Part shown: positions 1-12,440 of the stretch, in pieces | How positions within the stretch are numbered: the first letter of the stretch is position 1 | Layout of the letters: the number at the start of each line of letters is the position of its first letter | Origin: Callorhinchus milii | Taxonomy: Eukaryota | Direction: 5' to 3' | Assembly: GCF_018977255.1 (NCBI RefSeq) | Contig: NW_024704742.1 | Span: 103,666,001 to 103,730,000 of the forward strand | Length of the DNA stretch: 64,000 nucleotides | Notes under the pieces: generated by a model | Seen by the model: the letters and a program-made list of their open reading frames with translations, nothing else | What the model was told of the DNA's origin: nothing | Databases searched by the model: none | Position numbers and translations under genes: made by a program

Positions 1-167
1 TTTAACATCTCATCTGAAGGACGGCATCTCCAACAATGCAGCACACCCCCAGCACTGCATTGGAGCATCAGCTTAGACTGCGTGAGTTCCATGTCCTGCC
101 ATGGAGCTTGGACCCACAATCTTCTGACTCAGAAGCGAGAGTGCTATCAGCGGCGCCAGCCTGACAT
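1..167 (-). mobile_element. Older tRNA-derived DeuSINE (family B), 5' part; runs off the window edge
   Basis: Reverse complement reads tgtcaggctggcgccgctgatagcactctcgcttctgagtcagaagattgtgggtccaagc..., the same head and body as the copies at 9175, 12103 and 51677. Confidence 0.8.
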
Positions 168-726
168 AGTTAGGTGTTCTGATTGGAAGATGGTAGAGTG
201 GGTATTCTGGAAGGATGAGATCAAATGGGCTGAAGGGCCTTCTTCATGCAAACCTTTCTTCTGACCTTGTGAACAAAATTGATTTATTATTTTAGATGTA
301 TGATGAAAAGCTCATTGATAAAGAAATATCAAAAAATATAACACAGCTTTCATTTTGTCTGGTTTTAAGGGGGAAAAACTATTTTCCGGCAGCTTGAAAG
401 TTTGAGGAGAAGTTGGATATTTGTTAAAAACTATCATTGCCTGGTAGTATGTATTCTGAATTCACATCACTGAGGACACTTGAAACAGAGTCTGCACAAC
501 ATGGCTAATCAACTGAGCCTCAAATATGCTGTTTGTACATGTGCTGACCATGTTACTCAATGTATTCCAAAGAATTATAGGACATCAAGAGAGACTTCAG
601 ACTTTTCTTCAACACTTCTGGAATAATTTGGTCAGTAATCATGACACTCTCATTCTGGTGTTGACACCCTACCCCATTATATGCTGGCTATGTGGATTTC
701 CTGAATATCCAAATACAAAATACAAA

Positions 727-922
727 ATGATATTTGTATTGCGTCTTTCACATCTAGAGGACGTCCCAAGTTCCTAGACTGTCAGGGATTTGGACCCAAG
801 CGGGGTGGGTGGAGGGCTGGGAGGGTAGGAGCGTGGCCAAAGCCACGGTCGCAGAGGAGGGTCTTGAGACTTGCTTTGAAGAAGGCAAGGGAGGATGCAA
901 GGCAAAGGGAATGCGGGATGGG
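727..922 (-). mobile_element. L2 LINE 3' fragment
   Basis: Matches the L2 3' end seen elsewhere in the window (gaggagggtcttgag...gaaggcaagggagg, tail ttcacatctagaggacgtcccaag). Confidence 0.75.
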
Positions 923-1927
923 AATAAGTCTCAACATTTGCTGTCTGATTATGCAAATATCCCTCAGGTAGCCACATTATTTTTGTTGGCCCTGCTAAGT
1001 AACACAATGTTCACAAGGCAGATAGTTATTGGAAGTGCTTCATACCCCTCTTATATTGGTCGGGCCCCACTCGGGTCCGAAACCCTGTCCGTCCAGCACC
1101 TAGGGATGTCCTCCCATGAAATGCGCTTTACAAATGTAATTTTGTTGTTGTTGTAATTCCCGGCTGCAGCAAACCAGGTTGGACAGGTGTCCTTCTGCAA
1201 CAGAGCGACTCAAAACGGGCAAAGAGCAGAGCAAATGTTTGATGAGCAGCAGGTGACAGGACCAGTGCCTTCACCCTCCTCTGTGGAACCTGTGAAGTAC
1301 ATCATAATAAAGGATTGTCAAGGAACCTTGCACACACCAAGAAAGAATCAGCCCCAAGTGACTCTCTGATTAATGTTGCTTGTCATATCCAGTTGGATAT
1401 AACTACACAGGTTACCAGTTCAGTTGAACACAAAGAGAACACATCCACATTTCTTCCTGACATTTAGAACCTTGAATGGATTCTTACAGTAAATAATGGG
1501 AAAAAAAGACAGTTAAATAACTGGACTATAAAATTGCACGATATACTTGGTCACAAGAGCACCCATGTATATCATGCGACTGTATTTTCTTTGGTGAAAT
1601 GTTATTTTCTGGCTTGTTTGCACAGTAATTAATTCTTGTAAGCAAAAGAAGTATGTGAGTCTAAAAGCTTTTTGGGGAAAGATCAAATGACACTGGCAGA
1701 AGGTGTTAATTAACTTTCAGTTCTTAGTTTAACATTCCTTTTCTTGAAATCTGTCAATGTCAGGGCTCCTACGCAGAAATATTCCCCGGTGCTCTTCCGC
1801 TGAATGAGCTAATCAGACACATACCTTGGAACACAATGGCAAATTCATGTAGGAAGTGAAACTTTCTTACAACATAAGTTTTCATCGTACCTGAAAGTCT
1901 TCAAAATCACAATAATTACTTGATATC

Positions 1928-2335
1928 AAAATAATAATAATAATAATTTGGCATAGCACTTTTAACGTCAGGAAATCCCACAGAATATATTGTAGAGTGA
2001 CTGTATCTTGTGGGCGAAATCAGCAGCCATTTGCATACAATAATGTCTCACAAACAGCCATGAAGTGAATGACCAATTTTATTTGTGGGATTGTTGGCCA
2101 GGATACCAGGAGAAACTCCCTTCTCTTTTCGAATAGTGCCATGGGATCTTTAACGTGCACCTGAACAGGTAGAATAGCCTCAGTTTTAACCTGTCATCCG
2201 AAAGTACCTTTGACAATACAACACACCCCCAGCACTGCATTGCAGTATCAGCTTAAACTATATGAGTTCCAAGTCCCAATATGGGGCTTGAACCCACAAT
2301 CTTCTAACCAAGAGATGACTGAGCTAGACTGACAC
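1928..2335 (-). mobile_element. Older DeuSINE (family B), near full length
   Basis: (TAA)n tail, Deu-like block (cagccatttgcatacaataatgtctcaca), body (gtgccatgggatctttaacgtgcacctgaacag) and tRNA head. Confidence 0.8.
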
Positions 2336-2369
2336 ACAAAAGATGGACATTCATTTGCATCCACATGGT

Positions 2370-2676
2370 CAGCTCAGTGGTTAGAGCACTCACCTTGCAA
2401 GCGAGACACCTGGGTTCAATTCCAGGCAGGGCGAAACCTTGGGCAAATTTCCTTACTCCACACGCCTAATAATAATCCCTCCAAAACAAAACAATAATAA
2501 ATTGGTCATTTTCAATCCACTACTGGTTGTGGGACACTGCTGTGCGCAATTGGCTGCCGCGTTTCACCCACAAATATACGGTCAATTCACTTTACAGTAT
2601 ATTCTGTGAAGCGCTTTAAGACGTGGAGAAGATGTGAAAAGCGTTAAATCAAATGCAAGGATTATTATTATTATTA
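2370..2676 (+). mobile_element. tRNA-Ala-derived SINE (family A, short form)
   Basis: A box agctcagtggttagagc, B box ggttcaattcc, accttgggcaa block, Deu-like gtgggacactgctgtgcgcaattggctgccgcg, L2-like tail and (TTA)n. Confidence 0.9.
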
Positions 2677-3976
2677 AGATTCATGAATTCAAATTGGTTG
2701 TTATATATGTTATATATATTTTACATATGCCATTTCTCAGTAATCTGTCGTTTCAGTTTTTACCTTTCTACATTGTACAACAATATTGGATTGTACATGA
2801 GTGTATTTGGTTAAGTTTATTGAATTGATGCCAATGAATTAGTTTATATTTAATGATGTTTATGTAGTGATGCTTTGAAAGTAATGTGCTGTACATGTCT
2901 TTAAGCCTGAACAGTGATGGGTTTTGCCCTTCACAATATTATTAAAAAGGTGTTTACTGTTTAATTTATTGCAATGTGTTGATGAACTTGTCATAATGAG
3001 GGAAGTAACATTGGGAAGAAGGTGATTACATCTTTGCTCAAAAGGCATCCTGCTAAGTTTCACACTGAGGTAAGGTCACACAATAAAGTTTTCTCACATT
3101 TTACTAACTTTAGTTGTCTTTTTCACTCGGGGAGAGAAGGGAGATTTTCTCTTCCTCTTTAGTATGTGTATAACATGGCACAGAGCACGCAGAAATGATT
3201 CAGAGTCAAGTGGTCAGGAACTTGCTTAATTTCCTTAACTTTTTTCACTCTCCAAATATAACCATACAACAATTCTAGAATATACCACCACACAACATTC
3301 TGTGTTAATAAAGGCAATACACAAGGTCCTAAACTATGATTATTGCATTTCAGCAGTGACTGAGTGTCTTATTTTATTGCTAGCAGTAAATTAAGCTCCA
3401 CCTTATTGGAAAATATCATATTACCACATGGCTAGTAATTGAAGGCATTTACTAATGAATAACTGTCCAAAGGCTTCAGTGCTGTCAGACAGAAAATCAA
3501 CTCCATTTTTCTCACGTGTTTACTCTCATTGTCATTAAGTGTCAAATGCAAATGCAGTTCCATGCGTTGTTTAAGTAAATAATTTTCCCGCAAGTGAACA
3601 CCAGGTATTACCATCCACAGCCACATTCCTTTGTCAATGGATTGGTATTTTCCTCACAAATGAGAGGTGTCACTTTGAAATAACGGAGACATTTTGAAAA
3701 ATACACCCCCATGGCATGACTAAATACCAGGATCTGCATTTCATTATTCATGGTAATAAAGCGTTCTATAATATACAGAATGTGCCAAAAATCTATGTTG
3801 AGTCATTGAATCATATACCTTAGAGCACAGAAGTAGGCCATTCAGCTCATTTTGCCTCTGCACATTTGACTCCCTTGCCATGAATGCTTACAGACTGAGT
3901 TCACTTGGCTTTATGGGCCTCAAGTGAATTTAAGGTGAAGCATTTGAGTAGAACCTCATAAATGATGGGTAAATGC

Positions 3977-4276
3977 GTAGAGCCCAGTAGCTCAGTGGTT
4001 AGAGCACTCACTTTGCAAGCGAGAGACCCAGGTTCGATTCCCAGTAGGGTGAAACCTTGGGCAAGTTTCCTTACTCCACACGCCGAATAATAATCCCTCA
4101 AAAAAAATAATAAATTGGTCATTTCAATCCACGACTGTTTGTGAGACATTGCTGTGCGCAATTGGCTGCCGCATTTATATATACACAAATATACAGTCTA
4201 TTCTGTGAAGTGCTTTGAGACGTCTAGAAGACGTGAAAAGCGCTACATCAAATGCAAGGATTATTATTATTATTAT
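3977..4276 (+). mobile_element. SINE family A
   Basis: Same modular structure; B box ggttcgattcc; (TTA)n tail. Confidence 0.9.
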
Positions 4277-4767
4277 AAATTTTGAGAGAAGAAGGCACCT
4301 CTCTACAATGACAGATCTCAATATTATATCAGGAAAGCAGAGAATTATTAGGCCACAATGGAAAATATATTTCAACCTGTTCCGTCAAAGTCTGACCACA
4401 GATCCAAATTCTTCGAAATGTTGATAACTGCAGCTCTTCAGTGAATAACATTGTTACTCAATACACTTCTCCTCAAACCTCAGCTGACAGCCATTTCAGT
4501 TATTCTACTTCTACATAGGCTATAAGCATATGACAATTTTCTTTCCCTTTCTATCTTCAATCACACCCTTGTTTCCTTTCTCACGTATCCTCAGGCAGGA
4601 AGCCTAAATATTTAATTTGGAAAAAATTAGGACCACAGCACCATAATAATAAAGAAGTCTCGTTATCAGGACCCCTAATATTCAGATACATTATTGAAAG
4701 CAATTACAAATGTTGTTGTTCTTGTTAGAATATTAGAATAATTAGAATGTTGAATCCAATGTTGATT

Positions 4768-4920
4768 CTCCCACTTTAGGAAGGATGTCCTAAATCCTGG
4801 AGCGGGTGCAGTGGTTTAACCTATGAGCAGATACTGGAGGAACTGGGGCTATTTTCATTGGAGCAGAGAATGTTGAAGGGAGATCTGTTAGAGGTCTTCA
4901 AAATGATGAGGGGTTTAGGG
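4768..4920 (+). mobile_element. Degraded CR1 LINE ORF2 C-terminal fragment
   Basis: Translates to motifs like LGLFSLEQRMLKGDLLEVFKMMRG, as in the CR1 copy at 30343-31158. Confidence 0.75.
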
Positions 4921-5929
4921 TGTATCCAGGTCAGTTCACATCTAGCACTGATTTGCACCGTGGACAGTGGCAACAGTTCCTATGCCTCTTATTAGTGTCG
5001 CTCTATTTGTTCCTTGTTCCAAATAAATAAGCGCTAAAGAACATAAATATACATTTTCCCTTTTGAATTTACAACATGTTGCTCTATGGTTGGAGTTACA
5101 TAAGGATCGCTGGCCCAAGCGGAGCGCGAGTCAGCACAGTCAGGGCAGAGGCAGAGCAAACTGGATGAAAGAAAAGAAAACATGTGTGACATTGCTTACT
5201 AAGGCTGCAGTGCTTTTTGCTGTAATGACTATGCCAAGCCCCACTTCACTATGAATTTGTAGTAATTGAATGAGGAAGGAAAAGATGTTGTTGTGACATC
5301 TCCAGTGTTAGGGTGTCAAGGACTGCATTCAGATCAGAGGCTAATCCTACTCTGTGAGTCATCCAAAATAATGGAAAAAAGAGTGCCCAGGGTCAGAAAA
5401 ATGAAACGTACTACAAATTGTGCCTCCGCTTTTTTCATATTTTATGCCTGGGTTCATCAGAGCTACCAACAGCAGGCATTAATTTAAAGAGCCCTTTACA
5501 AACCTATGGAAATTCTACTCTGCCACAGCCTGCACAGGGACAAGGCTATTTTCGTCACAGCAGAAAGTTCTTGTGAATATCAAAAAAAAACAGCTTAGAA
5601 AAGATCTTGTGGAGAGGAAGCAATTACATTGTTTACCAAATCTCCATGCCATCTTACAGAAAACATGCTTGATACAGGAACTTGTTTATTTAGCTAAATC
5701 ACCGCGAAATGGGAATGATACTAAAACAGGAAAAAAAATCAATAAAAGTTACCATTTGAGACATAAGCAATTTACTTCTCTCGAGTGAGCAGAGTATGAA
5801 GACAATAACAACAACTGACTTATACAGCGCCCTCCTCGCAGGGTAGCATCTCACAGCGCTTTTCAGAGTATGAAAAGTTAAGAGAATTAAAGAACACTTT
5901 CAGACCATTATAGGAAAAATTACTCAAGA

Positions 5930-6126
5930 GAAAAAAACAATAATAAATTGGTCATTTCAATCCACGATTGTTTGTGGGACACTGCTGTGCGCAATTGGCT
6001 GCCGCGTTTCGCCCACAAATATATAGTCAATTCACTTTACAGTCTATTCTGTGAAGCGCTTTGAGATGTTGAGAAGCCATGAAAAGCGCTATAACAAATG
6101 CAAGGATTATTATTGTTATTATTATT
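5930..6126 (+). mobile_element. SINE family A, 5'-truncated
   Basis: Deu-like block, L2-like tail and (TTA)n; no tRNA head. Confidence 0.85.
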
Positions 6127-7009
6127 TAAAAGTGCATTTAAAAATAAATGGAAAGGAGTTGGGTAGTGGGGTGGTACAGTGTGTGGAGCAACGGCTTATG
6201 TGTCATGGCCTAGGAATATATGTTCTCTCACTCCATAATCAAGGGCCATTGCACCATCATACTATTATAGAGCAGAGAACTTATAGGGACAGAGAGACAA
6301 AACCTCCAACTGGGTGTCAATCATTCCAGGCCACTCTCACATTTCTAACATCCAGCTTAAGAGCAGAACACCAACTCACCAGCACATCCAGGGAATGGCG
6401 TATGGCTCAGGGGGAACACAATGAAGAATAAATAAAAAGCTTGCACAAACTCCCCCGCCCTCACCCACCCCCGAAATATAAGAGAGGTGATAGAGCATTA
6501 ATTTGCTCCTGGTAAGCAATTATCAAAATGTTCCAGAAGTACTTCAATATGAAACAACTAATGCTGATCATTTATTTTGCCTAAGCATGACTTCACATAA
6601 GATTATAAAACCCATCAGCCTACAAAATACATCAGCCTCTCTGTAACACTTGTAACTGTGATAGATTCCTTCCACTTCAATGTTGTCATATTCATAAGAC
6701 AATTATCAAATCTTCCTCTTTCAAATGCTAAACAGTTAAACTCACATATCCCAGGAAACAATAAGCTTTAAATATAGATTTGGCATGAATTTAGCTTCAA
6801 GTGTTCCTTTCATAGATATTGTTGAACATTATCAAACCTCTACAGAAATTGACCAGGATGCTTATTTGCCTACGCATATACAGACACTATACTTCAGAGT
6901 TAAGTGCATTGAGATGTCTTCCCAATGTGAAAGAAGCTCTATACAAGGATTATTATTTTTCTATATTTTTTAAAGATGGTTCTTTCTATATTTCTATATT
7001 TTTTAAAGA

Positions 7010-7979
7010 TGCTCTGAACACCACCTATGAACGAGGAACAATTAAGGATTTCACTTCAGTCTGAGTTCTACTCGGGAACGAAGGTTGTCCCCTCAGATTG
7101 ACCTAATTCCCCATAAACTCTCTAGGCCCCAATTTGTCTAAGGATAATGCGGATCTGAAACCCGAGATAGTCAGGTAATGGGATCTCCTCTCCGCAGAGC
7201 AAGCCCAGCCTGAGCCTAGTAATGAAGTGCTCAAATTCTCAGGCTGGGTTTGCTCTGCGGAGAGGAGATCCCGTTACCTGAATACAAGTAGGTTGTAGTC
7301 CTATTGTACCAGCAATTAAAATTCTAAGGTATATTATATCATTGTAAATCTACTGCCCTTATCACACTCACAAGATACTCCACACACTCCACACCTCACA
7401 AAACTAGTGTATTCAACAACAACAAGATTACATTTGTATAGCGCCTTTCACGTCAGGAGGATGTCCCAAGTCATAAGTCATATTGCCTGTGAATGCGCTG
7501 ACAACAATACCAGATCCTGAAGCCACAATAAACCAACCTTGGAATTCTTTCCCATGTACAAATTAGTTCAATAAAAATCTGTGCAATTCTCTTATCTTCT
7601 TGGCATTTTGGCTAACATCAAACGTAGCATCTGTTCCTCGCCTTCAGCCCTCTGTTGGTTAGGATGGTTATGGCACTTCTTCCGATCTGAGACGTTTGAT
7701 CCGCCCTCGCAAAGAGGAAGGGGAGATACTGGAATGCAAAGCTCACTTGAGCACTTCATTACTAGGCTTGGGCTGGGCTTGCTCTGCGGAGAGGAGATTC
7801 CGTTACCTGACTATCTCGGGTGGTCATGGAGACAGGTTTCAGGTCCACATTGTGCTTAGACAATTTGGGGCCTAGAGAGTTTATGGGGAATTGGGGTCAA
7901 TCTGAGGGGACAACCCTCGTTCCCTCAGACTGAAGTGAAATCCTTAATTGTTCCTCATTCATGGGTGGTGTTCAGAGCA
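7010..7979. repeat. Long inverted repeat (foldback) with arms at ~7010-7234 and ~7747-7979; unclassified element
   Basis: 7747-7979 is the reverse complement of 7010-7234 with scattered substitutions and two small indels. A third partial inverted copy at 7238-7281 forms a local hairpin. Confidence 0.9.
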
Positions 7980-7996
7980 GTGTTAATTTCCCATCT

Positions 7997-8485
7997 ATAA
8001 TAATAATAATATTGCATTTGCCTTATCACGTCGTTGAGACATCTCAAAGTGCTTCACAGAATATACTGTATTATAGAACCATAGAATTATACAGCACAGA
8101 AGGAGGCCATTCGGTCCATCATGTCTGTGCCAGCTCTTCAAAAAGACCTATCCAAATCAATCCCACTCCTCCGCTCTCTCCCCAAAGCTCTGCAAATTGT
8201 CCTCCCCAAATATTTATCTACTTCTCTCTTAAAGTTGTTATCAAATCAGCTTCTACTGCCCTTTCAGGCAATGCATTCCAGATCCGAACAACTCGCTGTG
8301 GGAAAAAAAATTCCTCCCCGTTTCCTTTAACAACTGTAAAGTGAATTCTGTATACTTTGTGGGCGAAATGCGCACAGCTGTGGTTCACAAGCAGCCGTGG
8401 ATTGAGTGGCCTCAGAAAAATGAGAAAAATGAGAAAAATGATCCGCCAATCAACTAACAACCAGGTTCCTGCTTACTGCTAGTTA
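7997..8485 (-). mobile_element. SINE family A (long form, partial), split by a CR1 insertion
   Basis: Tail at 7997-8070; the SINE resumes at 8333 (actgtaaagtgaatt...) and runs to ggttcctgcttactgctag. Confidence 0.8.
8071..8332 (-). mobile_element. CR1 LINE 3' end with 6 bp target-site duplication ACTGTA
   Basis: ORF 8218-8460(-) contains FFFPQRVVRIWNALPERAVEAD. 3' UTR acagcacagaaggaggccattcgg. ACTGTA at 8065-8070 and 8333-8338. Confidence 0.9.
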
Positions 8486-9174
8486 AACAACAACAACAAG
8501 AACAACAACAAAATTACATTTATAGAGAACCTTTCACATCAGGAGGACGTCTCAAAGTGCTAAACTTTGAATATACAAATTAAGGTAATGAGAAAATAGA
8601 CATTTATCAGAGAAACAGTATTATTATACCATTTGGAAGGTATATTGATAGTTTTAGAAATAGACAGTTAATGTATTACTCATTACGTCATTTTTTTTAG
8701 AAATGAGCATTAGATCTAAGTTAAAAATCGGATGTGCTCTCTACATCAGCCAAAATCATAATTTTGTGAAATTTAGAAAAATATTTGTGCTTTTGGAAAA
8801 AAACATGGGAATCATTCCAAACAATTTAACAATGTACTGGACCGATCACAAGATCAATCAATATCATAAAATTGGTTTGGATGAAGAACGCTCTACAGCC
8901 CATTTGATCTCAGTCTTCCAGATTATCAACCTTATTGCCTATCCATCAAAGCATTAAGCCGTTTTTAAATGAGGCCAGGTCCTGGCCTCAGTCACCTTTC
9001 CTGGCAACCTGTTCCAGTCTTTGATTAACAGCTAGGTAAATACTTTGTGGTGCCTGTTCTGAAATTGCCCATTGCAGCTCTAAACCTGTGTCTTCATATT
9101 CTACTGTCTTGTTGCATCCGAAAGTATTGTTCTGAATTTTAATTTCCAATCCCATTTAAAATTGTATGCACTTG

Positions 9175-9512
9175 TGTGTCAGCCTGGTTCAGTCAGTAGC
9201 AATCTTGCTTGTGAGTCATAAGGTTGTGGGTTCTTCAACTCCTGCATTGAGACTTTGAGACTTTGAACTCATATAATCTGTCTGACAATCCAATGCAATG
9301 CAGGGGTGGAGGGTGTGGGGGGGTATACTATTGTTGGAGGTGACCTTCGAATGAGAAGTTAAACCCGTCTGCCTGTCCAGGTGGATATTAAAGATCCCAT
9401 GGCACTTCTCAAAAAAAGTTAATTCACTTTACAGTATATTCTGTGAAGCGCTTTGAGACATCGCAAAGACGTGATGAGATGCTATATCAAATGCAAGGAT
9501 TATTATTTATAA
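9175..9512 (+). mobile_element. Older DeuSINE (family B) with internal deletion
   Basis: Head gtgtcagcctggttcagt..., body caggtggatattaaagatcccatggcac, then jumps directly to the L2-like tail. Confidence 0.8.
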
Positions 9513-10936
9513 TAAGCACTTTGAGACATCTCAGTCTCAAAATGTTAAGGCACTACATCAAATACAAGTAATATTATTATATTTCTATAAGGTCCTTCCT
9601 GAGACACCTTTCAAGACTGAAGTCCCAAATCAGACTCTTTAGAACTGTGTAAATCTACAGCACACAAGAGGGCCATTCAGCCCATCATCTCTGTGATGGC
9701 TCTTGTAAGAGCAATCCTCTCAGCACCATTTACCTGCCCTTTCCCCACACTCCTACATTACTTGCGTAGAAAAAGGTAGAATGAAGACCTGGGCTGATTT
9801 CCTCTAAACTGTGGAACCCTCCAATTACATACAATCTGCACTCACAGCACCCCCAACCCCCACAGAGTCTAGCTGTGGGTTGTTTCAATGTTGTGATATA
9901 AATAGCTATATTCTACATCTAATTGTTATACAGATTACCACTTTACAGTTGACAGCTGTACAGGTACAGCTGATCGCAGTGAGCTACCTTGTTCAATGAT
10001 CCCGTATTTGTTTCCTTTTGTACTTTGAAGACGACTGAAAATTGATTGATGAATACTTTTGATACTTAATTAATACTTTTTTCTTAGCTGCTTTGTACAG
10101 TAGAATGGTTTTAATTTATTTTTGTGATATTGAAAAATTCATAACTCCATCTTCACACAATGAGCTAAATGGTTCGTGTGATTTTTCACCGCCCACGGAT
10201 GTGTGCCTTAAGGCAACTCACAAAGAAGCTATTTCAAAAGAGAAATCCTTCCACTGCAAATTGCTCCATATCTGGCAGTAAAAGATCTTTTAAATCTTTT
10301 GTGGATAAAGGGGACGCAAACTAAGGAATAAAAACACAGCCTCTCATATAACATGCTGTTCTAAACTGTGTGTTTGGAGCACAATGTCACTAAGTAAATG
10401 AGTAAATAATTCAACTGGATACTGGCTGAGGGTAATGTATAATTGTCATTTTCTTCACAATAAAAAGGGTAGCCTTTCACTCATTCCCTTTATTTACCAA
10501 ACTTGTACAGCATAAACAGGCTTAAAATTAAAAATCATTTTCGTACAGAGACAGAATAGTTGTTAAGCGACATGAAAACACCTCCGCCCTTCAGAATTTT
10601 CTGTTGGATGGCTTTCTATCAGTGCTCTTTGTGGGGATAGAGCATGCTTTCCATGTCAGTCAGAGAGAGAAGAATCAAAGCATCGCAGCATTAAAGTGCC
10701 AGCAGCAATATAATGATATGAGTCAACACGATAGACATGTAACACAAGGGCATCTCGCAGCCTTGTAGTGGCAGTGTGAGGTTCATGTGTGCAGACAGAC
10801 ACACTCCTCGCTCACATCAAACAGATTAATATTGATTTGGTGGGTCTTGTGCATTTGCAGACCCGCGTCTTCACCTAGGTGTTATAACCACATTGGCTCA
10901 GTGATATTTATTTGCATGCAACATTAAGGAAACATT

Positions 10937-11118
10937 AAATAAAAACAGAAGTCGCTGGGAATACACAGAAGCATCCATGGAGCGAGGAAAGTGAGTTAAC
11001 ATTTCAGGTTGATGAAACGTTAACTCACTTTCCTCTCTCCATAGATGCTGCCTGACTTGCTCCGTGTTCCCAGCAACTTCTATTTTTATTTCAGATTTCC
11101 AGCATCCGCAGTATTTTG
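10937..11118. mobile_element. Palindromic remnant resembling a Penelope-like element terminal repeat
   Basis: Inner stem 10970-11006 pairs with 11013-11049 (34/37 bp). Outer arms aaataaaaacagaagt..gctggga / tcccagcaacttctatttttattt, followed by cagatttccagcatccgcagtattttg. Family assignment is from recalled shark Penelope pseudo-LTR sequence. Confidence 0.65.
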
Positions 11119-11454
11119 ACATTTGATTAAGGAAATATTTCCTAATAAAGAGGAGTATTCTCACAAGAGGGCATTTACTGGAGAATATGAATTAAATATT
11201 CAACATTTATTTGAAGTTATCAATTATTAATATATGAATTAGAATGTACGATCTCAGCAACATAGGAGGGGCTGGGAGAAAAGAGATCCAGAATTAGTGT
11301 AGCCTATGCTTGTGAATCCATGTCTTCCCAAAACCAGTTCTTGAAAGTAGTTTTAGCTGCTACCCTACAGTGCAAAGTGATATGAGATTGTATATTTGTC
11401 ATATCAATTTGACTTAATTTTTGCATGGAATCAACACCAAAACTGAAGTTTAAT

Positions 11455-11972
11455 AGGAACATAGGAAAAGGAGCAGGCCATTCAGCCCTTCGAGCCTGTT
11501 CTGCCATTTAATTGGATCATGGCTGATCTGTACCTCAACTAATCCTTTCATTTCCAATTTCCCTCTTTCTCCCCATATCCCTTGATACCCTGACCTACCA
11601 AAAATCTATCAACCTCACTCTTGAAGGTGTGGTTGGATCCAGCACCCGCAGCCTTTTGGGGGAGAGAATTCCAGATTTCTACCACCCTTTGAGTAAAAAA
11701 ATGTTTCCTGATTTCACTCTTAAATGGTCTGGTTCCAATTTTAAATCTATGCCCCTTGTTTTGGATTCCCCCATCAGAGGAAACAGCTTCTCTGTACCTA
11801 CCCTATTAAATCCCTTTATCATCTTAAATACTTCAATCACATCACCCCTCACCCGTCTAAACTCAAGGGAATACAATCTAAGTTTATGCAGCCTTTCCTA
11901 GTAATCTAACCCTTTTAGGCCAGGTAACATTCTGGTGAACCTGCGCTGCACCCCCTCCAGGGCCAATATATC
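11455..11972 (-). mobile_element. CR1 LINE 3' fragment
   Basis: ORF 11679-11876(-) reads YSLEFRRVRGDVIEVFKMIKGFNRV..KLFPL; 3' UTR ggagcaggccattcagcccttcgagcctg. Confidence 0.9.
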
Positions 11973-12102
11973 TTGGGAAATATAAGTGAAACATTTTTAT
12001 GTTCCACTTATCTTTCGCTAAGAATGTTGTGACAGTTTACAAACTTTCCTCAGGCTGTCTGATTAGAGGCAACATGACAACCGTCAGAGATATAAAACTT
12101 TT

Positions 12103-12440
12103 GTGTTGGCCTGGCTCAGTTGGAGCCACTCACTCATCTGGGTAGAAAGTTGTGGACTTGAACTCACGTAATCTAGGATGACACTCTAATGCAGTGCTGG
12201 GGGTTGTTGCATTGCCAGAGGTGCCGTTCTTTGATGAGACTTTAAACCAAGGTCCCGTTTGCATGTTCAGGTAGTTGTTAAAGATCCCATGGCACTATTC
12301 AAAAAGAGAGGGGAGTTTCTCCCAGTGTCCTGGCCAACAATCCCCCATATAAAATTGGTCATTTGTTTCATGGCTCTATGCGGGATATTACTGTGCAAAA
12401 TTAGGCTGCCACATTTGCTACAACATATACAGTCACTCCA
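12103..12440 (+). mobile_element. Older DeuSINE (family B) lacking its own tail
   Basis: tRNA head, body aaagatcccatggcactattc, Deu-like ctgtgcaaaattaggctgccaca; joins L2 at ~12441. Confidence 0.8.

Noticed and set aside
1160..1369. Coding-looking unique sequence
   Set aside because: No recognisable peptide in either orientation and no convincing acceptor/donor pair.
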